Shown here piece after piece: positions 36,613 to 47,000 of a stretch of DNA of 64,000 nucleotides. Made by a program: the position numbers and the translations under genes. Origin of the DNA: Rickettsiales bacterium (GTDB lineage: Bacteria; Pseudomonadota; Alphaproteobacteria; Rickettsiales; UBA3002); contig JBBKVX010000009.1 in assembly GCA_037968615.1 (NCBI GenBank), positions 7,641-71,640 on the forward strand. Reading direction: 5' to 3'. The notes beneath the pieces are model-generated. The model searched no databases. It saw only the letters and a list, made by a program, of their open reading frames with translations, and had not been told where the DNA came from. Within the stretch, counting starts at the first letter, position 1. Each line of letters starts with the position of its first letter.

Positions 36613-38044
36613 CGGCGAGCACCCATGTGTCTTTGCTGCCGCCGCCCTGCGACGAGTTCACCACAAGCGAGCCCTTGGTGAGCGCCACGCGCGTCAGCCC
36701 ACCGGGCAGCACGAAAATGGATTTTCCGTAGAGGATGTAGGGGCGGAAATCGACATGGCGCCCTTCGATGCCGTCGTCGGTGAGCGTCGGGCTGCGTGAC
36801 AACGACAAGGTAGGCTGCGCAATGTAATCGCGCGGGTTTTTCTTGATGCGCGCGGCGAAATCCTTGCGCTCGGCGGCGGTGGAGCGTGGACCGATCAGCA
36901 TGCCGTAACCGCCGGAAAGATTCACCGCTTTCACCACCAGCGAATCGAGGTTGGCGAGCACGTGCTCGCGCTGTTCCTTATCCCAGCAGGCGTAGGTCGG
37001 CACGTTGGGAATGATGGCTTCTTCGCCGAGGTAATACTGGATGATGGCGGGCACGTAAGCATACACCGCTTTGTCGTCGGCGATGCCGGTGCCGGGGGCA
37101 TTAGCGAGGGTGACATTGCCTTTGCGGTAGGCTTCCATGATGCCGGGCACGCCGAGCATCGAGTCCTCGCGGAAGGCTTTGGGGTCGAGATATTCGTCGT
37201 CGATGCGGCGGTAGATCACATCTACTTTTTCGTAGCCGCTGGTAGTGCGCAGCATCACTTTATCGTCGATCACCGCGAGGTCGGAGCCCTCGGCCAGCGG
37301 CACGCCCATCTGCTGCGCAAGGTAGGCATGCTCGAAATAAGCGGAGTTATAAATGCCCGGCGTCAGCACCACGATGCGCGGCGACCTCGAGCTGTTGGCC
37401 GGTGCCGCATGGTGCAGCGCCTGATAGAGATGCTCGGTATAATTCGAGACCGGGCGCACCTTCATGGCGGCGAACGCGTTAGGGAAAGTACGTTTCTGGA
37501 TGGCGCGGTTCTGCAGCACATAGGAGATGCCCGAGGGGCAGCGCAGATTATCCTCCAGCACGTAATAGGTGCCGCTCGCATCGCGCACAAGGTCGGTGCC
37601 GGTGATGTGAATCCAGATGCCACCCGGCGGTTTTAGGCCCTTGCATTGCGTGAGGTAGCAGGCGCTGGAGAGGATAAGGTCGGCGGGAATGATGCCGTCC
37701 TTGAGGATTTTCTGGTCGTTGTAAATATCGTCGATGAACATGTTGAGCGCTTTGATGCGCTGCTTCAGGCCCAGCTCCAGCTTCGTCCATTCCGCACCGG
37801 GAACCACGCGTGGAATGATGTCGAACGGGATAATCTTCTCGGTGCCGTCTTTGTCGCCATAGACGCTGAAAGTGATGCCTTGCTGGTAGAGCGCCAGTTC
37901 CGCCGTGGTCTGCAATTGGCGGAGCTCCTCGGCTTTGAGGGCGTTGACGTGTTTGATGAGCGGTTTTGTCACCGCCCGGGGCTTGCCGTTCGCACCGATC
38001 AACTCGTCGAAGAACCCTTCGGTCTGGTACGACTCAAAACCCAT
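36605..38044 (-). CDS. Circularly permuted type-2 ATP-grasp protein (DUF404/DUF407)
   Basis: [59 protein letters not shown] is typical of this family. Start chosen at ATG 38044 ([14 protein letters not shown]...), a 1-nt overlap with the upstream stop. The track start 38242 adds an Arg/His-rich non-coding-looking extension. Confidence 0.85.
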   Translation of the reverse strand: MGFESYQTEGFFDELIGANGKPRAVTKPLIKHVNALKAEELRQLQTTAELALYQQGITFSVYGDKDGTEKIIPFDIIPRVVPGAEWTKLELGLKQRIKALNMFIDDIYNDQKILKDGIIPADLILSSACYLTQCKGLKPPGGIWIHITGTDLVRDASGTYYVLEDNLRCPSGISYVLQNRAIQKRTFPNAFAAMKVRPVSNYTEHLYQALHHAAPANSSRSPRIVVLTPGIYNSAYFEHAYLAQQMGVPLAEGSDLAVIDDKVMLRTTSGYEKVDVIYRRIDDEYLDPKAFREDSMLGVPGIMEAYRKGNVTLANAPGTGIADDKAVYAYVPAIIQYYLGEEAIIPNVPTYACWDKEQREHVLANLDSLVVKAVNLSGGYGMLIGPRSTAAERKDFAARIKKNPRDYIAQPTLSLSRSPTLTDDGIEGRHVDFRPYILYGKSIFVLPGGLTRVALTKGSLVVNSSQGGGSKDTWVLADA

Positions 38045-39909
38045 CAGGAGGTCACCTCCACCATTTTCACATCCACGGTCAGCGTTTCGGTTCCGCCGCC
38101 TTTGAAGATGGTGCCGCTGGTGGGAGTGGCGTCGATGTAGTTCCGGCCTGCGGCTACGCGCACATGGTCCTGTTCCACCATGCAGCCGTTGGTGGGATCG
38201 AACCCTCGCCAGCCGACATAAGGAATGTAGATTTCTACCCAAGCATGCGAAGCGTCGGACTGGATTTTATTCGCGTAATTCACGCCAGTATAAATGTAAC
38301 CCATGCGGTAGCGCGCGGGAATGCTAAGCAACCGCGCAAGGCAGATGAACAGATTGGCGAAATCCTGGCACACGCCCGCGCGCGAGGTGTAGACCTCGAA
38401 CGGCGTGGTACTGAGGGCGGTGACACCGGGCACGTATTTGTAATCACGGTAGATGGTGATGTTCATGTCCTTCAGCGTGGCGACGAGGTTGTAGTCGTTA
38501 CGCTCGACGAAGCTGGTGGCGTATTCCGTCAGCTCGCGCAGCTGCGTTTCCGGCAGCTCGGGCGGCAGCAAATAGGGCGTCATCATCTGGCGCTGCCACG
38601 GCATCCATACTAGCGGAATGGTGGAGCGACGGCGCGACTGGCTGAAATCGTCCGGCGGCATGGCGTAGATTTTCACGCGGCTGGTACTGGTGACGGTGAG
38701 TTCCGTGTAGGGCCGGTTGATGCTGTAATGGATCGACTGGTTGCCGAACACGTCCTCGTAGCGAATCTCTTCGCCCTCGGAGGAAATGATGAAACTGGCA
38801 TTGACGGTTTCTTGTATCGGGTCTTCCACCGGTTGCAGGCGGAACGTGTGCGTGCTGTGCTCCACCGGCTCGGAATAGCTGTAGGAGGTGGTGTGCGTGA
38901 GGTCGAACGTGCGGTAGGCCAGCAGCTCGCCCTCGGGCGTCTGGGTGATGGAGCGCACATTCACCGTCGATTGATGTAGCTGCGATTGCTCGGCGCGCAC
39001 GGCGGCGAATTTCTTACTTTCGTCGAGCGGTGGCTGGGTGGCGGGGTTCGGGAACAACGCCACCTGCTGGTTGTTTGGATGGCTGTTCCAGAAGATCGTG
39101 CCACGGCGCACGATGAGCATTTGCCCCGGCTGCATTTGCAGCCAGCTGCCCGCATCGAACGGGGCGGAGCTGATCATGAACGCGGTGCGGTAGGTGTCGC
39201 GCGGGTCGTGCAGGTCGAGCAGCATGGTCTCGGAATTGAAAGCCAACGTCTGGTCGGGCGGGGAGTGGCGCGTGTAATACAGCTCGCGGGCCGATTGCGT
39301 GCCATGGTAACTGACGACGGTGAGCCCGTCGGAGAGGCACATGTCGGCGCTGCCCAGCGCGTCGAGTTGTTCGAACCATTGCAGCACTGTTTCGGCCGGA
39401 ACATCGGCGAGTTTGCGCGCTTCTGTTTCGATGATCTTGCCGAGCAGGTAGCAGAAGGCCAGCTCCGAATCGGTGTTGCCCACCGGCTCAAGGAAGCGCG
39501 ATTTGTCGGTATGCATTTCGGCCAACTGCTCGCGGTCGAGATCGCCATTATGCATGAACAACCAGTCGTGCCCGGCGAAGCTGCGGCTGAACGGCTGGGT
39601 CTCGTGGTGGGTGTAGCCGCTGGCCGCGCCCTTGGCTTTGCAGAAGAACACGGTGGAGCGGAACACTTCCCAATCGGCCAGTTTTTCGAGCTGGATGTCG
39701 GTGCCGCGCGCCACCGGATCCTTTTTCACGATGGCGGCTTGATTATCGTTGGGGTACCACGCCACTCCCCATCCCAGCGGGTGCGTGCCGTCGGCTTGTG
39801 CCGGCAGCTTCACCTGAATGGAGGGGGAACTTAGGCTATCAAAGCTTAGCGCAAGAATGTCACTGGTAATATTGCCCAAGGGAGCTCCATAGAATGTGGT
39901 GCAATGCAA
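38044..39909 (-). CDS. Fusion protein: class-II (Ntn, YafJ-like) glutamine amidotransferase domain plus transglutaminase-like cysteine protease domain
   Basis: TTG start with AAGGA 7 nt upstream. The N-terminus [26 protein letters not shown] aligns with YafJ MCELLGMSANVPTDICFSF. The C-terminal half has Bact_transglu_N plus the core [28 protein letters not shown]...[22 protein letters not shown]. Confidence 0.75.
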   Translation of the reverse strand: MHCTTFYGAPLGNITSDILALSFDSLSSPSIQVKLPAQADGTHPLGWGVAWYPNDNQAAIVKKDPVARGTDIQLEKLADWEVFRSTVFFCKAKGAASGYTHHETQPFSRSFAGHDWLFMHNGDLDREQLAEMHTDKSRFLEPVGNTDSELAFCYLLGKIIETEARKLADVPAETVLQWFEQLDALGSADMCLSDGLTVVSYHGTQSARELYYTRHSPPDQTLAFNSETMLLDLHDPRDTYRTAFMISSAPFDAGSWLQMQPGQMLIVRRGTIFWNSHPNNQQVALFPNPATQPPLDESKKFAAVRAEQSQLHQSTVNVRSITQTPEGELLAYRTFDLTHTTSYSYSEPVEHSTHTFRLQPVEDPIQETVNASFIISSEGEEIRYEDVFGNQSIHYSINRPYTELTVTSTSRVKIYAMPPDDFSQSRRRSTIPLVWMPWQRQMMTPYLLPPELPETQLRELTEYATSFVERNDYNLVATLKDMNITIYRDYKYVPGVTALSTTPFEVYTSRAGVCQDFANLFICLARLLSIPARYRMGYIYTGVNYANKIQSDASHAWVEIYIPYVGWRGFDPTNGCMVEQDHVRVAAGRNYIDATPTSGTIFKGGGTETLTVDVKMVEVTS

Positions 39910-39976
39910 AAGATAATCCTTTACGCTCTGTTGTCAAAGAGCGATGTGGAAACCTCGAATTCTGTAAGGAACATTG

Positions 39977-42900
39977 ATGGGCATGCGCGCGGCATTGTGT
40001 CATGTGACACACTACACCTACGATCGGCCGGTGGAGCTTGGCATCCAGACCATTCGTTTGCGTCCTGCGCCGCATACCCGCTCCCACATTCAATCTTACT
40101 CGCTGAAAATTACGCCCGCCGAGCATTTCATCAACTGGCAACAAGACCCCTTCGGCAACCATTTGGCGCGGGTGATCTTCCCCGAAAAAATCACCGAGTT
40201 CCGCGTCGAGGTTGATCTGATCACCGAGATCCGCGTGTTCAACCCGTTTGATTTCTTCCTCGAGGAATACGCCAAGGACTTCCCCTTCGCCTATGAGCCG
40301 CTTTTGAGAGAAGAGCTGGCGCCCTATCTGGAAGTGAAGGAAAATGGCACGTTGCAGACGGCGTTCCTCGCCGAGCATGCCGCGCAGAACATGGGCGTCA
40401 TCGATTTTCTCGTCGGCATTAATCAGAAGCTAAACCAATCGTTGCAGTACCTCGTGCGGTTGGAACCGGGCATTCAAACCTGCGAACAGACGCTGGAAAT
40501 GAAAAGTGGCTCCTGCCGCGACATGGCGTGGCTGCTGTGCCAGATGTTGCGCCAGCTGGGCTTCGCCACGCGCTTTGCGTCGGGCTACCTCATTCAACTG
40601 AAGCCCGATGTGAAACCGCTCACCGGCCCCGCAGGCACCGATGTGGACTTCACCGACCTGCATGCATGGACGGAGGTGTACCTCCCCGGCGCAGGCTGGG
40701 TGGGGCTTGACCCCACCTCGGGCCTGTTCGTGGGCGAGGGGCATATTCCACTTTGCTGCACGCCCAGCCCGCTCAGCGCCGCGCCCATCAGCGGTACCAT
40801 CGAGCCGTGCGAAGCCACGCTGCATCATGAGATGACGGTGACGCGCATCGACGAAGAAAGCCGCGTCACCAAACCCTACACCGACCAGCAATGGGCGGCG
40901 ATCGATGCGCTGGGTGCGCGCGTTGATGGCGATTTGAAAAAACGCGATGTGCGGCTGACAATGGGAGGCGAACCGACCTTCGTTTCCGCCAGCAACCAGA
41001 CCGGCGACGAATGGAACTTCACCGCTTTAAGCGACGAAAAGAAAACGATGGGCAACGCGTTGTTGCTGCGTTTGCGCGAGAAATTCGCCCCCGGCAGCTT
41101 GTTGCATTACGCGCAGGGAAAATGGTATCCCGGCGAGCTGTTGCCGCGTTGGGCCATGAACTGTTTCTGGCGCACAGACGCCGAACCCATATGGGAAAAC
41201 GATGCGTTGCTGGCTGACCCCGAACAGAAACTCGAACATAATTTAGCGACGGCAAAAACATTCCTCACCGCCCTCGCGGAAACATTAGGCATACCGCAAA
41301 GTTACGTGCTCGGTGCGCGCGAGGACACGCCGTATTATTTGTGGAAAGAACGCCGCCTGCCCATCGAAGGCGAAATACTGGCGGCCGATTTGCACGAGCA
41401 AGCCGAACGCGCCCGGGTGCAGAAGCTGATGGATCAGCAACTGAAAGACCCCGTCGCCTACGTGCTGCCGCTGCATTTCTCGCCGACGCGCAAAGGCTGG
41501 ATCAGCAACGGCTGGACGTTCCGTGGCGAACATATGGTGCTGTTGCCTGGCGATTCGCCCGCGGGCCTGCGCCTGCCGCTTGGTAGCTTGCCGCATGTGA
41601 AAGCATCGGAGAAAGAACTCTACCCCGAACGCGCGCCGAAGGAGCAAACGGGCAGCCTGCCCAAACGCGCCGCGCTGTTCAAGGCGTTGGCCTCGCACGC
41701 CAAAAAATCGTTGGGTGCGCCAGCATTTTTGGATGATGCGAACGGCCTCATCAAAAGCGCACTCTGCGCCGAAGTGCGCGGCGGGGTGCTGCATCTGTTT
41801 CTGCCGCCCGTGGCGCATATCGAGCATTTCCTCGAACTGGTTTCGGCCATCGAAATGGTGGCCGCTTCACAGAGCATTCCGCTGGTGCTGGAAGGCTACG
41901 CCCCGCCCAGCGACCAGCGCGTCACCAGCTTCAGCGTCACGCCCGACCCCGGAGTCATCGAAGTGAACGTGCAGCCCGCCGCCGATTGGCAGGCGATGAA
42001 AACCATCACCACCATCGTTTATGAAGAAGCACGCCAGACCGGCCTTTCCACCGAGAAGTTCCTGCTCGATGGGCGCGGCGTCGGCACTGGCGGCGGCAAC
42101 CATTTGGTGATGGGCGCAGCCAAAACCGAGGACAGCCCCTTCCTGCGCCGCCCCGATCTGCTGCAAAGCCTCATTACGTTCTGGCAGCATCACCCGGCGC
42201 TGTCGTACCTGTTCTCGGGCATGTATATCGGCCCCACCAGCCAATCGCCGCGCATCGACGAAGCGCGCCACGATTCGCTCTATGAACTTGAGATCGCCTT
42301 CGCACAAATTACGGATGGCATGAAGCCGGAAGCCGTCGATCGCGCGCTGCGTAATCTGTTGATCGATTTAACCGGCAACACCCACCGCGCCGAATTCTGC
42401 ATCGACAAATTGTTCAGCCCCGACGGCGCGCGCGGCAAGCTCGGCCTGTTGGAAATGCGCGGGTTTGAAATGACGCCACACCCGCAAATGAACCTGCTGC
42501 AAGGCCTACTCCTGCGCGCCTGCGTGGCGCATTTCTGGCAGCAGCCCTACCGCTATCCGCTGCAGCGCCACGGCACATCGTTGCACGACGCCTACATGCT
42601 GCCGCATTACGTGGAGCAGGATTTCCGCGCGGTGCTTGAGGTGTTGAAAGCCGGGGGCTACGATTTCCCATTCGATTGGTTCGCGCCGTTCTTCAGCTTC
42701 CGCTTCCCCAGCTACGGCGCGGTGCAATTAGGCGATGTCAGCATCGAGCTGCGCATGGCGCTCGAAGCATGGCCGGTGATGGGCGAAGAGATTGGCATGG
42801 GCGGCATGAGCCGCTCGGTGGATTCGTCGGTCGAGCGGCTGCAAGTGCTGGTGCGCGGGTTGGCCGATGCGCGCCACGCCGTGACCTGCAATGGCCGCCG

Positions 42901-43249
42901 CCTGCCGCTGCACCCCACGAGCGAACCGGGTTCGTATGTGGCTGGCGTGCGTTACAAAGCATGGGCGCCCAGCTCGTCGCTGCACCCGAACATTCCGGCG
43001 CATACGCCGCTGGTGTTCGACCTGCTCGATACGCATCACCAGCGTTCGCTGGGCGGCTGCATGTACCATGTCGCGCATCCCGGTGGCCGCAATTACGAAA
43101 CCATTCCGGTGAACGCCAACGAGGCCGAAGGCCGCCGCCTGTCGCGCTTCGAGGCGATGGGCCACACGCCGGGCCACATGGCCGTGCCCCCGCGCGAGGT
43201 CAACGCCGATTTCCCACACACGCTCGATCTGCGTCGCAGCCAGAACTAA
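39977..43249 (+). CDS. Large transglutaminase-family protein with DUF2126 region
   Basis: RAALCHVTHYTYDRPVELGIQTIRLRPAPH (Bact_transglu_N), SGSCRDMAWLLCQMLRQLGFATRFASGY...DLHAWTEVYLPGAGWVGLDPTSG (core), then a ~750-aa DUF2126-type region. ATG 39977 sits 6 nt after AAGGA. The track start is TTG 39974. Confidence 0.85.
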   Translation: MGMRAALCHVTHYTYDRPVELGIQTIRLRPAPHTRSHIQSYSLKITPAEHFINWQQDPFGNHLARVIFPEKITEFRVEVDLITEIRVFNPFDFFLEEYAKDFPFAYEPLLREELAPYLEVKENGTLQTAFLAEHAAQNMGVIDFLVGINQKLNQSLQYLVRLEPGIQTCEQTLEMKSGSCRDMAWLLCQMLRQLGFATRFASGYLIQLKPDVKPLTGPAGTDVDFTDLHAWTEVYLPGAGWVGLDPTSGLFVGEGHIPLCCTPSPLSAAPISGTIEPCEATLHHEMTVTRIDEESRVTKPYTDQQWAAIDALGARVDGDLKKRDVRLTMGGEPTFVSASNQTGDEWNFTALSDEKKTMGNALLLRLREKFAPGSLLHYAQGKWYPGELLPRWAMNCFWRTDAEPIWENDALLADPEQKLEHNLATAKTFLTALAETLGIPQSYVLGAREDTPYYLWKERRLPIEGEILAADLHEQAERARVQKLMDQQLKDPVAYVLPLHFSPTRKGWISNGWTFRGEHMVLLPGDSPAGLRLPLGSLPHVKASEKELYPERAPKEQTGSLPKRAALFKALASHAKKSLGAPAFLDDANGLIKSALCAEVRGGVLHLFLPPVAHIEHFLELVSAIEMVAASQSIPLVLEGYAPPSDQRVTSFSVTPDPGVIEVNVQPAADWQAMKTITTIVYEEARQTGLSTEKFLLDGRGVGTGGGNHLVMGAAKTEDSPFLRRPDLLQSLITFWQHHPALSYLFSGMYIGPTSQSPRIDEARHDSLYELEIAFAQITDGMKPEAVDRALRNLLIDLTGNTHRAEFCIDKLFSPDGARGKLGLLEMRGFEMTPHPQMNLLQGLLLRACVAHFWQQPYRYPLQRHGTSLHDAYMLPHYVEQDFRAVLEVLKAGGYDFPFDWFAPFFSFRFPSYGAVQLGDVSIELRMALEAWPVMGEEIGMGGMSRSVDSSVERLQVLVRGLADARHAVTCNGRRLPLHPTSEPGSYVAGVRYKAWAPSSSLHPNIPAHTPLVFDLLDTHHQRSLGGCMYHVAHPGGRNYETIPVNANEAEGRRLSRFEAMGHTPGHMAVPPREVNADFPHTLDLRRSQN

Positions 43250-43254
43250 AAAAA

Positions 43255-43291
43255 CCGCCGCGACCTTCGGAAGAACCGAGTGTCGCGGCGG
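43255..43291. terminator. Bidirectional rho-independent terminator
   Basis: Perfect 10-bp stem CCGCCGCGAC / GTCGCGGCGG with a 17-nt loop, flanked by aaaaaa (5') and cgtttt (3'). It reads as stem plus T6 on the minus strand. A second hairpin, CCTACA-gaaa-TGTAGG, lies at 43302..43317. Confidence 0.75.
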
Positions 43292-43318
43292 CGTTTTGGT
43301 GCCTACAGAAATGTAGGT

Positions 43319-43885
43319 TTAGGCGCGGCGGAAGGAAACGTACCGTTTCACATCCGGGTTGCGGTCGCGATGGTCGCCGCCGAGAACGGCGGATGCCCAT
43401 GCTGCCACCGCCGCGATCAGCGACGAAGTAGCAACGCCGAAACCAGTGATGATACCGGCTTTCTGCGCCATATCTTCCGACATGGCCGGTTCGGGTGCAA
43501 CGCCTTGCTGCACAGCCAAAGCTGCCAGCGCAGCAGCAGCGCCCACTAACAGCAACGTGACTACACTGCACAGCGCCCAGACCAGAAGCCCGTGCGCACC
43601 GTCGCGCAGTTCGCTTTCGGTCTCGCCGCCAACGCGGGTCGTCATGCGTCCGGCAAGATAGCCGCCGGATACAGAAGCAATCAGCTGTACCCAAATGACC
43701 CAAAGGCCGATGGAGATGATGTTGCCGAGGGTGACCGCTTGGTCAGTGCTCAGGTCGCTGTACGACAAACCAATGCCGTTACCGAACTGAATGAGAACAA
43801 GCGAAATTGCGCCCGCCACGAGGGAGCCTGCAATTACAGGGCTCCACTCGACCGAACGCGTGGTGAGGATCGGGGTGGTTACCAT
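43319..43885 (-). CDS. Hypothetical integral membrane protein (188 aa)
   Basis: Four or five hydrophobic segments (VIAGSLVAGAISLVLIQF, IISIGLWVIWVQLIASVSGGYLAG, LLVWALCSVVTLLLVGAAAALAALAV, ...). No family recognised. Confidence 0.6.
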   Translation of the reverse strand: MVTTPILTTRSVEWSPVIAGSLVAGAISLVLIQFGNGIGLSYSDLSTDQAVTLGNIISIGLWVIWVQLIASVSGGYLAGRMTTRVGGETESELRDGAHGLLVWALCSVVTLLLVGAAAALAALAVQQGVAPEPAMSEDMAQKAGIITGFGVATSSLIAAVAAWASAVLGGDHRDRNPDVKRYVSFRRA

Positions 43886-43897
43886 GATGCGATGCTC

Positions 43898-43972
43898 CTA
43901 ATGGATGCCGAGGAAGGAAAGGATGGCCAATACGATGACCACGAGGCCGACAAGATAAATAATCGAATTCAT
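43898..43972 (-). CDS. 24-aa hydrophobic micropeptide (not in ORF track)
   Basis: My own translation gives MNSIIYLVGLVVIVLAILSFLGIH*. A perfect AAGGAG lies 5 nt upstream of the ATG, and the stop is 12 nt before the downstream membrane-protein ATG. Confidence 0.5.
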   Translation of the reverse strand: MNSIIYLVGLVVIVLAILSFLGIH

Positions 43973-44077
43973 AAAAACTCCTTAAGTGCTGTTGATGGGC
44001 ACAGTTTCCGCGCAGGGGGATAAATTTTCCATGGTGCAGAAGCGGAGGATTATAAATTCGATGCTTATGTCGACGCG

Positions 44078-47000
44078 TTATGCGGCGACGGCCTCGGTGA
44101 GCGGCATGGCCAGCCGCGTCAGCATTTCTTTGGGGCATACCTGCCAGAAATGCGTGCTCTCATAGTCCCACGCGGCCAACAATTGGTCGGCGATGCGGGA
44201 GTTGGTGTCGGCGTAGTGGCGCTCGACGAGGGCTTTTAGTACGCCCGACCAATGGACGGAAGCAAGGCGTTGTGCCACCACGGTCTCGTCGTTCAGGTGG
44301 GTGGGCAGCGCGCCATCGGGGTCGTACACGAAGGCCATGCCCCCGGTCATCCCAGCGGCGAAGTTGTAACCGATTGCGCCCAGCACCACCACGGTACCGC
44401 CGGTCATGTATTCGCAGCCATTGCTGCCGCAGCCTTCCACCACCGCATCGGCGCCAGAATTGCGCACGGCGAACCGCTCGCCCGCTTGGCCGGAAGCCAG
44501 CAGCAGGCCCGAGGTGGCGCCATAAAGCACGGTATTGCCGATGATGGTTTGTTCGTGCGGCACCAGCGTGCTGGAGGGGCGGGGGCGGATGACGATGACG
44601 CCGCCCGACATGCCTTTGCCGACGTAATCGTTGGCGTCGCCCAGCAGCTCGATGCGGATGCCGCGCGCGAGGAACGCGCCCAGCGATTGCCCCGCCGTGC
44701 CGCGCAGGCGCAGGGTGATGTGGTCTTCCTTCAGCACATTCGGCGCAAAGCGTGCGACGACGGCGGAGGAAAGCCGCGTGCCGATGGCGCGCATGGTGCT
44801 GCGCACATTGTAGGCGAGCTGGATTTTCTCGGCGCGTTCAAGGGCGGCGGTGGCGTCCTCAAGCATTTGTTTGTCGAGCGTGTCGGGCACTTCGTTGCGG
44901 AAGCCTCGCAAGGAATGGCGCGGGTGCGGGCCGGGGTCGGCTTGGCTGAGCAGGGTGTTGAGGTCGAGATCGACCATGTCCTCCGCCCCGCGATTCACCT
45001 GCCGCAACAGGTCGCTGCGGCCGATGATTTCGTCGATGCTGCGGGCGCCGAGGCGGGCGAGAATCTCGCGCACCTCTTCCGCCACGAAGCTCATCAGGTT
45101 GATAACTTTTTCCACCGTGCCTTCGAATTTTTTGCGCAGTTCGTCGTCCTGCGTTGTGAGGCCCACGGGGCAGGTGTTGCTGTGGCACTGCCGCACCATC
45201 AGGCAGCCCATGGCCACCAGCGCGGCGGTGCCCAGCGCGTATTCCTCAGCCCCCAGAAGCGCGGCGATCACGATGTCGCGGCCGGTCTTCAGCCCGCCAT
45301 CGGTCTGCAGCGTCACGCGGTGGCGCAGGCGGTTCAGCGTCAGCACTTGGTTGGCTTCGGCAAGCCCCATTTCCCACGGCGCACCCGCAAATTTCAGGCT
45401 GCTCCACGCGCTCGCGCCCGTCCCGCCCGAATGGCCCGCGATGATGATTTTATCGGCCAGTGCTTTGGCCACGCCCGCCGCAATGGTGCCGATGCCCGCT
45501 TGCGCCACCAGCTTCACCGAAACCAGTGCGGTGGGGTTGATTTGCTTCAGGTCATAAATCAGCTGCGCCAGATCCTCGATGGAATAAATATCGTGGTGCG
45601 GCGGCGGGGAAATGAGCGTCACGCCCGGTGTGGAATGGCGCAGCCGCGCGATTTCTACCGTGACTTTGAACGCTGGAAGCTGGCCGCCTTCGCCGGGTTT
45701 TGCGCCTTGCGCCACTTTGATTTGCAGCTCTTTCGCGCTCATCAGGTAACGCGCAGTGACGCCGAAACGACCCGAGGCAATTTGCTTGATGCCGGAGTTG
45801 GCGTTGTCGCCATTCTCGCGTGGAGTGTAGCGTTCGGCCCCTTCGCCGCCTTCGCCGGAGTTCGATTGCGCGCCGATGCGGTTCATGGCGATGGCCAGCG
45901 TTTCGTGCGCCTCCGGGCTTAACGCGCCAAGCGACATGGCAGGCGCCACGAAGCGTTTGCGAATTTCGGTGATGGGCTCCACATCCTCGATGGGAATCGG
46001 CGTGGCCGCGAATTTGAAATCGAGCAGGTCGCGCAGTTGAATGGGCGGCAAAGCGGCAATGGTTTCGCTGAATTTGCGGTAGGTCTGGTAGCTGCCTTTG
46101 GTAACGGCGGTTTGCAGAATATGGATCGCTTGGCCATCCCAACCATGCTGCTCGCCACGCGCAGCGCGGGCGCGGTAGAAGCCGCCCACGGGCAGTGCGT
46201 CGCTGGCAGTGGGGTCGAACGCCGCTTCGTGCAGCGCGCGCAGGCGTGAGGCGATGCCGCCAAGGCCAATGCCGGAAATGCGCGAGGGCAGGCCGGGGAA
46301 GAATTCCGCCACCAACGCGCGGCTCAAACCGATCACCTCGAAATTCAGACCACCGCGATAGGAACTCACCACCGAGATGCCCATTTTCGCCATGATCTTG
46401 AGCAGGCCGAGATTCATCGCTTCGCGGTAATTCTCCAGCGCTTGTGCCAGTGTCAGGTCTTTCATATGTCCGGCAGCATGCGCGGCGCGCAGGCTTTCTT
46501 CGGCCAGCGCGGGATGCACTACCGTCGCGCCCGCACCAATCAACACGGCCAGCGCATGCACGTCGTAGCATTCCGACGTGCGCACGATGATGGATGCTTT
46601 TTTGCGCAGCTTTTGGCGCACCAGATGGCTCTGCACGGCAGACACCGCCAGTATCATGGGGATGGTGGCGTGCTGCGGGCTGATGCCTTTGTCGGTGAGT
46701 ACGAGGAAGGATTTGCCCTCGCGGGTAGCGCGCTCGGCTTCCGCCACCAGTTTTTCCAGCGCCATGCGCAAGCCAGCTTCGCCGGAATCGATTTCGAACA
46801 GAGTGGAAATATAGGTGATGCGCGTTTCGAAATGGCGGGTGAGGGCTTGCAACTCGTAGCCCAAAAGCACTGGCGATTCGGCCAGCAGAATTTTGCTGTG
46901 CGATTTGTCGAGCGCGAGGAAATTGCCGTCATTGCCGAAGCGCGTATAGAGGCTCATCACCCGCCGCTCGCGCAGCGAATCGATGGGTGGGTTGGTGACT

